A DNA stretch of 64,000 nucleotides from a virus: the IMG/VR virus record IMGVR_UViG_3300007712_000002, positions 1 to 64,000 of that record. One strand, 5' to 3'. A model generated the notes under the pieces. That model ran no database searches, was not told where the DNA came from, and saw only the letters and a list, made by a program, of their open reading frames with translations. Position 1 is the stretch's first letter, and the number at the start of each line of letters is the position of its first letter. The position numbers and the translations under genes are program-made. Of the stretch, positions 10,143-19,127 are shown piece after piece.

Positions 10143-10412
10143 ATGACTATTTTCGAGAAATTTCATGTTGCGTCACTTGTAGCCCTTGCGTGGGACCGCA
10201 AAGAATATCGAACTGTTACCAGCGCAGAAGCCTGGGACATGGGATATGACGTTGAAGGATCCATGTTGATCTGGCAAGGAAACGACGTTGTTGACTGCAC
10301 TGCAATCTCTGACGTTGAGAACCCCACAGAGGTTACGGTCGGCGCTGGTGCCGGTCCCAACTATCAGGTTATCGTTTTGGACCTGGAAACCGGTGAGATT
10401 AGGAACGATTAA
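10143..10412 (+). CDS. Hypothetical protein
   Basis: MTIFEKFHV, RBS AAGGA; in-frame part of track ORF 9891..10412. Confidence 0.6.
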   Translation: MTIFEKFHVASLVALAWDRKEYRTVTSAEAWDMGYDVEGSMLIWQGNDVVDCTAISDVENPTEVTVGAGAGPNYQVIVLDLETGEIRND

Positions 10413-10419
10413 TAACGCC

Positions 10420-10587
10420 ATGGCACAGAAACCTGCAAAAATCAAGATGCCCAAAGGCCGCAACCCAGTTGCGGCTACTTTGAGGGATCCTCGCAGCGGG
10501 TTCACCCAACGGACCATTCCTGACAAGCGTGAGACAAAAATAGATCGAAAGCGCAAGCACAAAGGACGACCTTTTGATGAGATATGA
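10420..10587 (+). CDS. Small basic protein
   Basis: MAQKPAKIKMPKGRNPVA...RKRKHKG; K/R-rich. Confidence 0.55.
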   Translation: MAQKPAKIKMPKGRNPVAATLRDPRSGFTQRTIPDKRETKIDRKRKHKGRPFDEI

Positions 10588-10834
10588 TGATCCTCGTGCC
10601 GCCCTAGTTTGCGAACTGGTTGAAAGATTGCACAAAGAAGCCAAGCTTATTGAAAAGCGATCGCCCGACGTTATGGCGCTAGCAAAGCGTGACGGCTTCA
10701 TGATCTATTTTCTTAACTCGCTTTACACAAGTTTGCCTGACGATTCAATGATGGTCGATCATTTTCCACAGGCTCTGGAAAAAATGATCGATCAATTAGG
10801 ACAAGATGAAGCAATGAACAAGTTGGAATCATGA
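10574..10834 (+). CDS. Hypothetical protein
   Basis: 86 aa ORF, overlapping coupling. Confidence 0.55.
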   Translation: MMRYDDPRAALVCELVERLHKEAKLIEKRSPDVMALAKRDGFMIYFLNSLYTSLPDDSMMVDHFPQALEKMIDQLGQDEAMNKLES

Positions 10835-11091
10835 CAGAGACAGAATTTGAAAAAAACATGAATGATCTTCGACGCATGAAATTGAAGCGAGCTCAAGCTC
10901 TTCGCCTTGTTGATGAATTCAAGGAATGGTATTGTAAGCAGACTGGCGAACTTTCCGAAGATGAGCAAATAGTCATCATGGGTTTGACTCGTGACATTCT
11001 GAGAGGAACTGAATCCGAGGTAGATAGGCTTACTGAGCGTATTGATGAACGAAACCAGCAAGCCCTCATGAGAAAACTTGAAAGACAATAA
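10831..11091 (+). CDS. Hypothetical protein
   Basis: 86 aa helical ORF, ATGA coupling. Confidence 0.55.
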   Translation: MTETEFEKNMNDLRRMKLKRAQALRLVDEFKEWYCKQTGELSEDEQIVIMGLTRDILRGTESEVDRLTERIDERNQQALMRKLERQ

Positions 11092-11145
11092 GTGATTGAT
11101 TTTTAAGAGTTTTCATGCTATAAGTATGAATACTCTGGAGATCAA

Positions 11146-11772
11146 ATGAAAAGAAGAATTATTGGTGTCTGTGGCTTTATCGGTTGTGGTAAAGGCACAG
11201 TGGGCGACATTTTAGTTGAAGATTATGGATTTACAAAACTCAGTTATGCAGATAGGCTGAAAGACACAGTTTCCACCCTCTTTGGTTGGGATCGTGGCAT
11301 GGTTGAGGGTGATACACCTGATAGTCGTGAGTGGCGAGAAACACCAGATCCGTGGTGGAGCCAAGAACTTGGATATGATCTCACTCCAAGATTGGTCATG
11401 CAGCGCGTGGGCACAGATTGTATGCGTCGAGGACTTGATGGTCAAATCTGGGTCCTCATGGTCAAGCAGGTGCTTGAACAAAATCCCCAAACAAATTATG
11501 TGATACCTGACGTTCGATTTTATAACGAACGCGATCTCATTCGCAAGATGAATGGCGAGGTGTGGCGTGTTAAACGTGGCCCTGATCCAGAATGGGTTCA
11601 GAAAGCAATTTCTGACAATCGTTATGACACTGATTGGATGCGAGATTATCCAGAAATCCACGAGAGCGAATGGCGCTGGTTGGATTATGCCACAGAGTTT
11701 GAAAAAACGATACCAAACGACGGTGATCTATCAGAACTAAAAAAGCATGTTGAACGCGCAGTAGGTAATTAA
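11146..11772 (+). CDS. Deoxynucleoside monophosphate kinase (T4 gp1-like)
   Basis: IIGVCGFIGCGKGTV P-loop, TPRLVMQ.VGTD, VIPDVRF.NE. Confidence 0.9.
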   Translation: MKRRIIGVCGFIGCGKGTVGDILVEDYGFTKLSYADRLKDTVSTLFGWDRGMVEGDTPDSREWRETPDPWWSQELGYDLTPRLVMQRVGTDCMRRGLDGQIWVLMVKQVLEQNPQTNYVIPDVRFYNERDLIRKMNGEVWRVKRGPDPEWVQKAISDNRYDTDWMRDYPEIHESEWRWLDYATEFEKTIPNDGDLSELKKHVERAVGN

Positions 11773-11863
11773 GCACGTAGTTATCACCGTAACCACCCCA
11801 GATAAGTAGCCGCCCAATAAATACTGGCAGAGCAAAAATATAAGCTTTGACAGGAGATCATAC

Positions 11864-14308
11864 ATGGCTACACTAGTATCACCAGGCGTTGACGTAACAG
11901 TTGTTGACGAAAGCGCATATGCCAGCCCGGGTTCTGGCACAATTCCTCTAGTCATTGTTGCTACAGCACAAGACAAGACAGATCCAACAGGAACAGAAAC
12001 TGATGGCATCGCAAAATACACAAAGGCAGCTAATGCCAATCTTGTTGTTCCAGTAACATCACAGAGAGAACTAACCCAATTTTTCGGAGACCCGACCTTT
12101 GCAGCCACTGAAGGTGCAGAGACAAGCGAATATGGTCTCCTAGCTGCATACAGTTATCTAGGACAAGGCTCACAAGCATACGTTGTCCGTGCAGACGTTG
12201 ACCTTGCAGGACTTGAATCAAGCGAAACAGCACCAACTGGACCAGCAAATGGCAACCAGTTTTGGCTAGACACTGACGCTAGCTCATATGGTATCCACGT
12301 TTGGAGCGGCTCAGCATGGGTCCTACAAACTGTAACCGTTGAGGTTGATCTTGCCGCTGCCAGCGGTGAAGTTTCTGACCCTAAGTCATATACACCATCA
12401 ACCACCGTGGGCGCAGCAGGAGACTTCCTAGTTGCCGTGCTAAGTGATGGCTCAACTGGATTTGCAATTGGTTATTTCTATAGTGACGGTTCAGCATGGG
12501 AAAGTGTTGACACAGCAAACATTGCTGACCTAGCAGCCACAGCAGTAACATATGCTCCACACTATAGCAGCCCATCATCACCAGCAGCAGACGACATTTG
12601 GGTCAAGACTACGTCACCAGGTAATGGTGTTAATCTTGTCATCTATCAGTCAAATAGCCTGGGTGTTTTCAGCCTTGTTGAGGTTGAAGGTGTTTCAAAC
12701 GACGGCGGCACAACTTACGTCGCACAAGATGGAACAAGCGCAACAGACATCATTAATGACATGACCGATGGTAATATTGCACTCAACTTTACAGCCGCAA
12801 ATGCTGGTTTTGAGATCGAAGAAGTTGATACCACAGCCAGTGCGATTGCTGAAGAAGTATATGCACAGGCAGCTGAGCCAACTGGAGATCCAGTTGCAGG
12901 AACATATTGGTATGATCCAACTGTTACAGATCTTGATCTTTACATCAATGACGGAACAGATTGGCTACGTATTGATTCAGCAGACGTAACATACTCAACA
13001 ATAGAGCCAACTTCACCAAGCACAGACGACATTTGGGTTGAAACAGATGGAACAGAAGCTGAATATCCCAAGCTTTACCGTTATGATGGTTCAAACTGGT
13101 TGCTATATGACAACACAGACCAAACCACAGACCGTGGTGTATTGTTCGCTGACTTCACAGCAGACAGCACAATCACAGCAGGTGCCGCACACGATTCAAA
13201 CAGCACTGACTTTGATTCAGCACCAGATGAAGCACTATACCCAACCAACATGCTAGCTGTCAACATGGCGCTGTCAAGCGGAACAGTTCGTGTATGGACT
13301 GAAGGCGTTTCAATCAACGGTGGAGCATCAACTGTTGATGCTTGGACCAATGCTGCCGCAAATAATGCCAATGGCAGCGGCGTGTTTAGTCGTTTGGCAC
13401 AACGTAAAGTTATTGCAACAGCAATGCAAGCAGCAGTAGCAGGTAACGAAGATCTACGTGATCCAAATCGTAACTTCACCCTACTTGCGGCTCCAAACTT
13501 CCCAGAACTAACAGACGAGTTGGTAACGCTTAACAGCGACCGTGGCGAAACAGGATTTATCATTATTGATACTCCAATGCGTCTCACACCAACAGAAGCT
13601 GTTAACTGGGTCCAAGGCACTGGCGCAACAGAAAACGGTGATGAAGGTCTTGTTACAAAGAACACCTACAGTGCGGTTTATTACCCAGCTGGGCGTTCAA
13701 CAACACCAGCCGGAACCACAGTAACCGTTCCAGCAAGTCACATGGTGCTCTACACCTACGCATACAACGACAACATCAGCTATCCATGGTTTGCTCCAGC
13801 AGGCTTGACGCGTGGTGTCGTGCAGAACGGTAGCGCAGTTGGTTACATCACAACAGAAGAAGAATTCAAGGCAGTATCACTTAGCCAAGGCCAGCGTGAC
13901 GCACTATACTTGAACAAGATGAACCCAATTGCTCAATTCCCTCTAGAGGGTGTAGTTGTGTTTGGTCAGAAGACCCTGCATTCAACCAGCAGCGCATTGG
14001 ATCGAGTCAACGTAGCACGTCTCGTTGCTTACCTACGTGAGCGTTTCGACGAGATTGCACGTCCGCTGCTCTTTGAACAGAACGACACATTGACACGTCA
14101 ACGTGCCGTCCAATTGTTCGAAAGCTTCCTAAGCGACTTGCTAACCAAGAGAGCACTCACTGACTTTGCGGTTGTATGTGACGAATCAAACAATACACCG
14201 ATTCGAATCGACCGCAACGAACTATATATTGACGTAGCAATTGCTCCGACCAAGGCGGTGGAATTCATCTACATTCCAATCCGTATTGTCAACACCGGCG
14301 CTCTATAA
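11864..14308 (+). CDS. gp18: Tail sheath protein (gp18-like) with large insertion
   Basis: LVSPGVDVTVVDES, PWFAPAGLTRG, FGQKTL..SALDRVNVARL, VCDESNNTP..IDRNEL; late promoter at 11816. Confidence 0.95.
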   Translation: MATLVSPGVDVTVVDESAYASPGSGTIPLVIVATAQDKTDPTGTETDGIAKYTKAANANLVVPVTSQRELTQFFGDPTFAATEGAETSEYGLLAAYSYLGQGSQAYVVRADVDLAGLESSETAPTGPANGNQFWLDTDASSYGIHVWSGSAWVLQTVTVEVDLAAASGEVSDPKSYTPSTTVGAAGDFLVAVLSDGSTGFAIGYFYSDGSAWESVDTANIADLAATAVTYAPHYSSPSSPAADDIWVKTTSPGNGVNLVIYQSNSLGVFSLVEVEGVSNDGGTTYVAQDGTSATDIINDMTDGNIALNFTAANAGFEIEEVDTTASAIAEEVYAQAAEPTGDPVAGTYWYDPTVTDLDLYINDGTDWLRIDSADVTYSTIEPTSPSTDDIWVETDGTEAEYPKLYRYDGSNWLLYDNTDQTTDRGVLFADFTADSTITAGAAHDSNSTDFDSAPDEALYPTNMLAVNMALSSGTVRVWTEGVSINGGASTVDAWTNAAANNANGSGVFSRLAQRKVIATAMQAAVAGNEDLRDPNRNFTLLAAPNFPELTDELVTLNSDRGETGFIIIDTPMRLTPTEAVNWVQGTGATENGDEGLVTKNTYSAVYYPAGRSTTPAGTTVTVPASHMVLYTYAYNDNISYPWFAPAGLTRGVVQNGSAVGYITTEEEFKAVSLSQGQRDALYLNKMNPIAQFPLEGVVVFGQKTLHSTSSALDRVNVARLVAYLRERFDEIARPLLFEQNDTLTRQRAVQLFESFLSDLLTKRALTDFAVVCDESNNTPIRIDRNELYIDVAIAPTKAVEFIYIPIRIVNTGAL

Positions 14309-14334
14309 TATACGTTGATAATTATGATAAATAA

Positions 14335-14365
14335 GTGGGGCAAGGTGGAAACACTTTTGCCCCAC
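14335..14365 (+). terminator. Hairpin after sheath gene
   Basis: GTGGGGCAAGGTG-GAAA-CACTTTTGCCCCAC; lies just after late promoter GATAAATA (14326), so it could instead be a 5' leader hairpin. Confidence 0.5.
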
Positions 14366-14384
14366 AATCATTAAGGATAAATTA

Positions 14385-14837
14385 ATGAATATGAAATTTT
14401 GGAAGTTTTGGACAGTATTAATATTGACAGTGTTTGTATTAGCAACAGGCCAATATTACCTTGGATTGTTTGACTTCATTCTAAATTATGATCAAACCTA
14501 CCTAACATTCGTTAACCTAGGCATTGCGGCGGTGGCCCACATCTTAATGATTCGTATGCATTGGCGAAAATCATATGAAGAATACGAACACAAAATGGTT
14601 CGTTATATGGGCGAAACCACTGTTTCGATTGGTCTCGTCGGTACATTGATTGGATTTATGATCGTTCTTTGGAGTGTGTTTGGGCCTGGGGTTGTATTAG
14701 ATCCAGCAGATACTGTTGCAATGACACAAGCTCTAACCAGTATGGCAAGCGGAATGGCAGCAGCATTGATTACATCTCTTAGTGGTATTATACTATCAGC
14801 GTTGATTAATTTTCAGTTAGTGATACTTGAAGAATGA
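14385..14837 (+). CDS. MotA/TolQ/ExbB-like membrane protein
   Basis: Four hydrophobic segments; IGLVGTLIGF and GMAAALITSLSG match TolQ/ExbB channel helices. Confidence 0.7.
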   Translation: MNMKFWKFWTVLILTVFVLATGQYYLGLFDFILNYDQTYLTFVNLGIAAVAHILMIRMHWRKSYEEYEHKMVRYMGETTVSIGLVGTLIGFMIVLWSVFGPGVVLDPADTVAMTQALTSMASGMAAALITSLSGIILSALINFQLVILEE

Positions 14838-15445
14838 CATCAGGAACTCTTAGATTAGCATTTTTGGATTTGGTATTCAACTTGTTGTTGGGTATTACGT
14901 TGATGTTTATTCTTGCCTTTCTCATGATCAATCCACCAACCCAAGGCGGACAAATTGATCCTCCCATACGCTTCATGGTCGAAATGGAATGGGATGATGA
15001 AAGTTATGTTGATATTGATCTTTGGGTCCAAGGCAAAGACAGGGATTGGGTTGGGTTTACTCGTATGGATGGTAGTTATTTTGTTCTAGAGCGAGATGAC
15101 CGCGGCACACAAAATGATACTATCATGGTTGATGGTGAGCAAGTGGTAATATCACGCAATTATGAAAATATCCGTTTCACAATTTTGCCTCCAGGTGAAT
15201 ATTTTGTAAATGTTCATTATTATAGCATTACAGGACCAACAGAAGACATCACAATTAATTTGACCATGCTGAATCCGTTCCGCAGTGTGTTTACAGACAC
15301 GGTTACGCTTGACCCTAGTCAAGAGACAACAGTGGTGTCATTCATCGTCGGACAGGATGGAAAGATCACGGACTTAAGAACAAATGTTCAGGTGAGAAGA
15401 AATACGCTTCCGCCTTCAATGAGCGATGGGAATGACGAATGGTAA
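14834..15445 (+). CDS. ExbD/TolR/MotB-like single-pass protein with beta-rich periplasmic domain
   Basis: AFLDLVFNLL (conserved TM Asp), then W...DIDLW...LERDDRG...ENI...PPGEYFVNVHYY. Confidence 0.6.
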   Translation: MTSGTLRLAFLDLVFNLLLGITLMFILAFLMINPPTQGGQIDPPIRFMVEMEWDDESYVDIDLWVQGKDRDWVGFTRMDGSYFVLERDDRGTQNDTIMVDGEQVVISRNYENIRFTILPPGEYFVNVHYYSITGPTEDITINLTMLNPFRSVFTDTVTLDPSQETTVVSFIVGQDGKITDLRTNVQVRRNTLPPSMSDGNDEW

Positions 15446-15864
15446 CAATATTAACTCTCATAGGCATATTAACTGCATTGCTTGTTTCTTTTCTGGCTTA
15501 CTGGTCACCAGCACATTGGTTTTTAAAATCTATCGCGTTGATGTGTTTTCTTATGATCGGAGTAGTCGCTTATGAGCTCTTCGTAAGGCAAATGGGGGCG
15601 CCAATACAAGCCAAACCCCAAGGTGAATATGCCTATGTTTGGCATGAGATAACAAACAAGCCATCAATTATACTCTGGGCGATCAACGACAGAGGTCACC
15701 GCTTGTATGAATACCCATACAGTCGTGAAGAAGCTGCAATGCTGGAAGAAATTAGAGAAGCCAGGAAGGATGGTCAACCACCACAGTGGTTGACATATGA
15801 TCAGCCAGAAGGCGAAGATGATCAACTCATGGTCTTACCCCACCATAATATAATCAAGCCATAA
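15439..15864 (+). CDS. Membrane protein, third gene of TolQ/R-like module
   Basis: Two N-terminal TM helices; overlaps previous gene. Confidence 0.6.
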   Translation: MVTILTLIGILTALLVSFLAYWSPAHWFLKSIALMCFLMIGVVAYELFVRQMGAPIQAKPQGEYAYVWHEITNKPSIILWAINDRGHRLYEYPYSREEAAMLEEIREARKDGQPPQWLTYDQPEGEDDQLMVLPHHNIIKP

Positions 15865-15865
15865 G

Positions 15866-15895
15866 TGAAGCCGCTCAATAAATTGAGCGGCTTCA
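15866..15895. terminator. Perfect 14-bp inverted repeat, probable bidirectional terminator
   Basis: TGAAGCCGCTCAAT-AA-ATTGAGCGGCTTCA between convergent units. Confidence 0.75.
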
Positions 15896-15900
15896 AGTTT

Positions 15901-16078
15901 ACACTAGTGCAAAGCGTTTGCTACAGCTAATTGAGGATGGCATCACCGAAAAGCGAAAGTCTCAACGGCCGTAGTTACGAAACAATGCATATACCGGGCG
16001 ATGGTCTAATACGGTTTCTATCGCCCCTCAGCCCCGTCCTCCAGCCTTATCTGGCCGTGGTCCACGAGTTTCTAGTGC
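15901..16078 (-). ncRNA. Candidate structured non-coding RNA (about 180 nt)
   Basis: ORF-free and GC-richer than flanks; several stems with G-U pairs on - strand; downstream of a - strand sigma70 promoter, upstream of terminator. Confidence 0.5.
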
Positions 16079-16168
16079 TTAGAGAAAGAGAACGCCGTAA
16101 GTGTTGACAAAATCAGTTACAAACAGCGTAGAACCGATAACAAGATTTTCAAGAGTCATAAACATCAT
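16079..16168 (-). CDS. 29-aa hydrophobic peptide MMFMTLENLVIGSTLFVTDFVNTYGVLFL (not in ORF track)
   Basis: RBS AAGAAGGA just upstream; promoter 24 nt upstream of ATG. Confidence 0.55.
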   Translation of the reverse strand: MMFMTLENLVIGSTLFVTDFVNTYGVLFL

Positions 16169-16191
16169 TCAGTTTCCTTCTTTATAGTTAT

Positions 16192-16220
16192 ACTATATAG
16201 TAAGACGTTTTGGCTGTCAA
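16192..16220 (-). promoter_or_regulatory. Sigma70-type promoter on - strand
   Basis: TTGACA(16220-16215)-17 bp-TATAGT(16197-16192). Confidence 0.75.
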
Positions 16221-16280
16221 GGAAAATTTTCTCTAGATGATAAATACTTTGAGCAGAGCGCATTATGAGGAGATAGACGA

Positions 16281-16889
16281 ATGGCAGTTCTTGACAAGCT
16301 AAGTGTCCCAGTAAACGGCGAAAGCCAAGGTACACTGATGCCAAAACTACAATACCGCTTCCGCGTTAACTTCATCAACATGGGTGCAGGCGACACAAAA
16401 GTTGCAACAAACAACGTTGTCAGCGTCACACGTCCGAACCTTACACATGATGAAGTTCTAGTGGACACATACAACTCACGTATCTACCTAGCTGGTAAGC
16501 ACTCCTGGGAGCCTGTAACCATCGAGCTACGTGACGACATTACATCAGCAACTTCAGCACTACTTGACCAACAAGTTGCGAAGCAGATCGATATGGCAAA
16601 CCAGAGCTCACCACAGGCCGGTATTAGCTATAAATTCCAGTGTCAAATTGAAAACTTGAATGGTGCTAACCCAGATCCAGTCCCGCTAGACACATGGGTT
16701 TTGAGCGGTGCATATATTTCAAACCTAACATACAATGAGACCAACTACGGCAGTGGTGGTGAATACCAGACCATTTCAGTGCAGCTACGCTATGACAACG
16801 CACAACACTTTGTTGGTGCAATTGACAACCTTAGCGATCCAAACTTTAGCGTTGAGACTGTCACACAAGCGAACGCAACAGGTTCATAA
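16281..16889 (+). CDS. gp19: Tail tube protein (gp19-like)
   Basis: LMPKLQYRFRV.F, YNSRIYLAGKHSW, LRYDNA; late promoter GATAAATA at 16239; downstream of sheath. Confidence 0.85.
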   Translation: MAVLDKLSVPVNGESQGTLMPKLQYRFRVNFINMGAGDTKVATNNVVSVTRPNLTHDEVLVDTYNSRIYLAGKHSWEPVTIELRDDITSATSALLDQQVAKQIDMANQSSPQAGISYKFQCQIENLNGANPDPVPLDTWVLSGAYISNLTYNETNYGSGGEYQTISVQLRYDNAQHFVGAIDNLSDPNFSVETVTQANATGS

Positions 16890-16897
16890 TGCTAATT

Positions 16898-16941
16898 AAA
16901 AACGGCCGAAGCATTCGGACTGCCTGCTTCGGCCGTTTTTT
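16898..16941 (+). terminator. Rho-independent terminator (bidirectional)
   Basis: AAAAACGGCCGAAGCA...TGCTTCGGCCGTTTTTT. Confidence 0.85.
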
Positions 16942-16957
16942 CGTAAGGAAATAAACA

Positions 16958-17233
16958 ATGAATTTAGATAGACTAAAAGCTCTTTCAGGAATCAATGAAG
17001 ATGGAATTGATGACGAAAAAATGGAAGACATTGCTGATTTACTAATACAAGCATTTGATGGCGATCACATGTATGCTGACATCAAGAAAACCAAAAAATA
17101 TGTTGAAATAGACACAGGCGTAAGTCAGCATGAGCTTCATGTTTTTCCTGAGCATTTGAATAAATTATATCGTCATCCCAGTGTAGCGAGTGTAACAATC
17201 TATAGAGACAAAGCGAGAGCATATCTACAATAA
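16958..17233 (+). CDS. Small protein with tag 1 leader
   Basis: MNLDRLKALSGINE. Confidence 0.65.
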   Translation: MNLDRLKALSGINEDGIDDEKMEDIADLLIQAFDGDHMYADIKKTKKYVEIDTGVSQHELHVFPEHLNKLYRHPSVASVTIYRDKARAYLQ

Positions 17234-17883
17234 TGGCAATCACCAATTTCGCACAAGAGGTTTATAGCTCAGATAGTCCAGGCACATTGGATCTCATTCC
17301 TCGTCAGAGGTTTAATTTCACATTGCAGTTGACTACACATGATCGTGCGATTATCAATTACCACAAAGTTAGTGAAGTTACACAGCCGAGTTTTAGTGTT
17401 GATGGTCAGTTGATGAATCAATACAACAAAAAGCGTTTCGTGCAGACACGAATCAATTATGATCCGATCACAGTGAGTTTTTATGACACATTTGATGACC
17501 AGTGGTATAATATCATGCGTGACTATTTTGCTCATTACTATAACGGAACAGAAGGTTTGACAAGTAGGACTCAGCTTGAGGGAACAAGCACAGTGGAGAT
17601 CAACTTTGAAACAGATTTAGGTTTTACCCCCAATGCCACACGCAACTTCTTTCCTGAGATCCGTATTATACAGAATGGTATCCGCGGCCGTCACCGTGGT
17701 TGGATACTCAAGCAACCATATATTACCTCGGTGACTGGCGATACAATGAACTACAGCGACAGCAATCCAGTTCAGTGGGCAGTAACATTCCAGCCTGAGA
17801 GTGTTCAGACATATGTTGAATCAAGTCAGTTTGATGATGGAATAGAACCTAGCCGTTCTCCACGACCATCCAGCACCGGATAA
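17233..17883 (+). CDS. Tail-tube-like baseplate/tube initiator (gp54/gp48-like)
   Basis: QPSF....MNQYNKKR.VQTRINYDPITVSFYD, tube-fold paralogue. Confidence 0.6.
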   Translation: MAITNFAQEVYSSDSPGTLDLIPRQRFNFTLQLTTHDRAIINYHKVSEVTQPSFSVDGQLMNQYNKKRFVQTRINYDPITVSFYDTFDDQWYNIMRDYFAHYYNGTEGLTSRTQLEGTSTVEINFETDLGFTPNATRNFFPEIRIIQNGIRGRHRGWILKQPYITSVTGDTMNYSDSNPVQWAVTFQPESVQTYVESSQFDDGIEPSRSPRPSSTG

Positions 17884-17896
17884 GCTAAATACGTTT

Positions 17897-18373
17897 ATGT
17901 CGACGTATCAGCAAGGCAATTATCAGCCTAAAAACACAGAAAAATATGTTGGAAAGCACATTCCCAAATACCGATCGGGTTGGGAACTTCATTTTATGCG
18001 TATGTGCGACAATCATCCCAACATCCTGGCTTGGGCTAGTGAAAGCCACCGTATACCTTATATCAATCCAATAACTGGAAAAAAGAGCAATTATGTCCCA
18101 GACTTCTTTGTGATCTATGTAGACAAGGAAGGCAAAAAACATGCTGAATTGGTTGAAGTAAAACCCAGTAGTCATATGGTAGGCAACGCAAAAGGACAAT
18201 ATGATCAAGCCATGGCTGTTATCAATGAAGCCAAATGGAATTATGCCAGACAGTGGTGTAGGCAACAGGGTATTGGATTTCGCATCATTACAGAAAAAGA
18301 AATCTTCAACAAACCACAAAAGCCACGCAGTCAGCGCAAGCCCAAGATGCCAAAAAAGAGAGCTCGTAAATGA
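17897..18373 (+). CDS. gp4: Head completion nuclease (T4 gp4, TnsA-like)
   Basis: YRSGWE, WASE..IPY, YVPDF, ELVEVKP, N.AKW..A. Confidence 0.85.
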   Translation: MSTYQQGNYQPKNTEKYVGKHIPKYRSGWELHFMRMCDNHPNILAWASESHRIPYINPITGKKSNYVPDFFVIYVDKEGKKHAELVEVKPSSHMVGNAKGQYDQAMAVINEAKWNYARQWCRQQGIGFRIITEKEIFNKPQKPRSQRKPKMPKKRARK

Positions 18374-18600
18374 GATTAGAACAGATAGAACCTATTGCTG
18401 AAGTCAAGGTTATGAGCAGTTGGATTGCTGATCTAGACTACGCTGGCCCCAATGTCGTAATCATGACCCTCAACAGCGGGCGCCGTTATCGTGTTTTGGG
18501 AGTGGGCGAAGGTTTATTTCGTCAATGGGTCCGCGCCCCAAGCAAGGGTAAGTTTTGGCACAGCAACATCAGAGGAAACTATAGGGTGAGCAGAATATGA
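18370..18600 (+). CDS. KTSC-domain protein with tag 2 leader
   Basis: SSWIA..DY...L.SG..Y....V.......APSKGKF...NIRG.Y; N-term MRLEQIEPIAE. Confidence 0.75.
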   Translation: MRLEQIEPIAEVKVMSSWIADLDYAGPNVVIMTLNSGRRYRVLGVGEGLFRQWVRAPSKGKFWHSNIRGNYRVSRI

Positions 18601-19127
18601 CACGCAAATTAGAAGATACCTTCAATTTACCACCAATGGATTTACCAGAAGTCAAGGAAGATGACATGGAAGAAATTGAAGGTTACACAGAAGATGAAAT
18701 GCATCAGATCATGGAGAGGGCAGACAAAATCGATGCTGCCTTGCCGCAAGTCAGCGGGCTAGACAACGTTGATACAGATTATGACGAGTATGCACGTAAG
18801 GCTATTGAAACATTTGATGACCTAGTTGATTTGGGTAAAAATGTCGAGGACCGACATGCCGCTGATATCTTCAACGCAGCCAGTAGCATGATGACCAATG
18901 CGCTCAACGCCAAAACTAACAAAGCGCAAAAGAAGCTTGAAATGGTCAAGCTACAAATACAAAAAGCCAAGTTGGAACACGAGAACGAAAAGCTTGATTA
19001 TCTCAAGAAACGACACCTCAAAACACAAGATGATTCAGCAGAAGAAACAGAAGGACGTATTATTGCAACACGTAATGATATGTTAAGTGATATACTTGCA
19101 GGCATGAAAAGAGACGATGACCAATGA
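18597..19127 (+). CDS. Putative terminase small subunit
   Basis: Helical, acidic, coiled-coil; upstream of TerL; position-based call. Confidence 0.45.
   Translation: MTRKLEDTFNLPPMDLPEVKEDDMEEIEGYTEDEMHQIMERADKIDAALPQVSGLDNVDTDYDEYARKAIETFDDLVDLGKNVEDRHAADIFNAASSMMTNALNAKTNKAQKKLEMVKLQIQKAKLEHENEKLDYLKKRHLKTQDDSAEETEGRIIATRNDMLSDILAGMKRDDDQ

Noticed and set aside
14385-15864. Complete Zorya defence system
   Set aside because: No long ZorA tail, no OmpA-like ZorB domain, no ZorC/D/E.
15901-16078. tRNA, tmRNA or hammerhead identity for the structured region
   Set aside because: No T-loop/CCA cloverleaf, tag-reading frame or CUGAUGA/GAAA core found by eye.
17897-18373. TnsA transposase / mobile element
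   Set aside because: Fold is shared with T4 gp4; structural context; no other Tn7 genes or ends.
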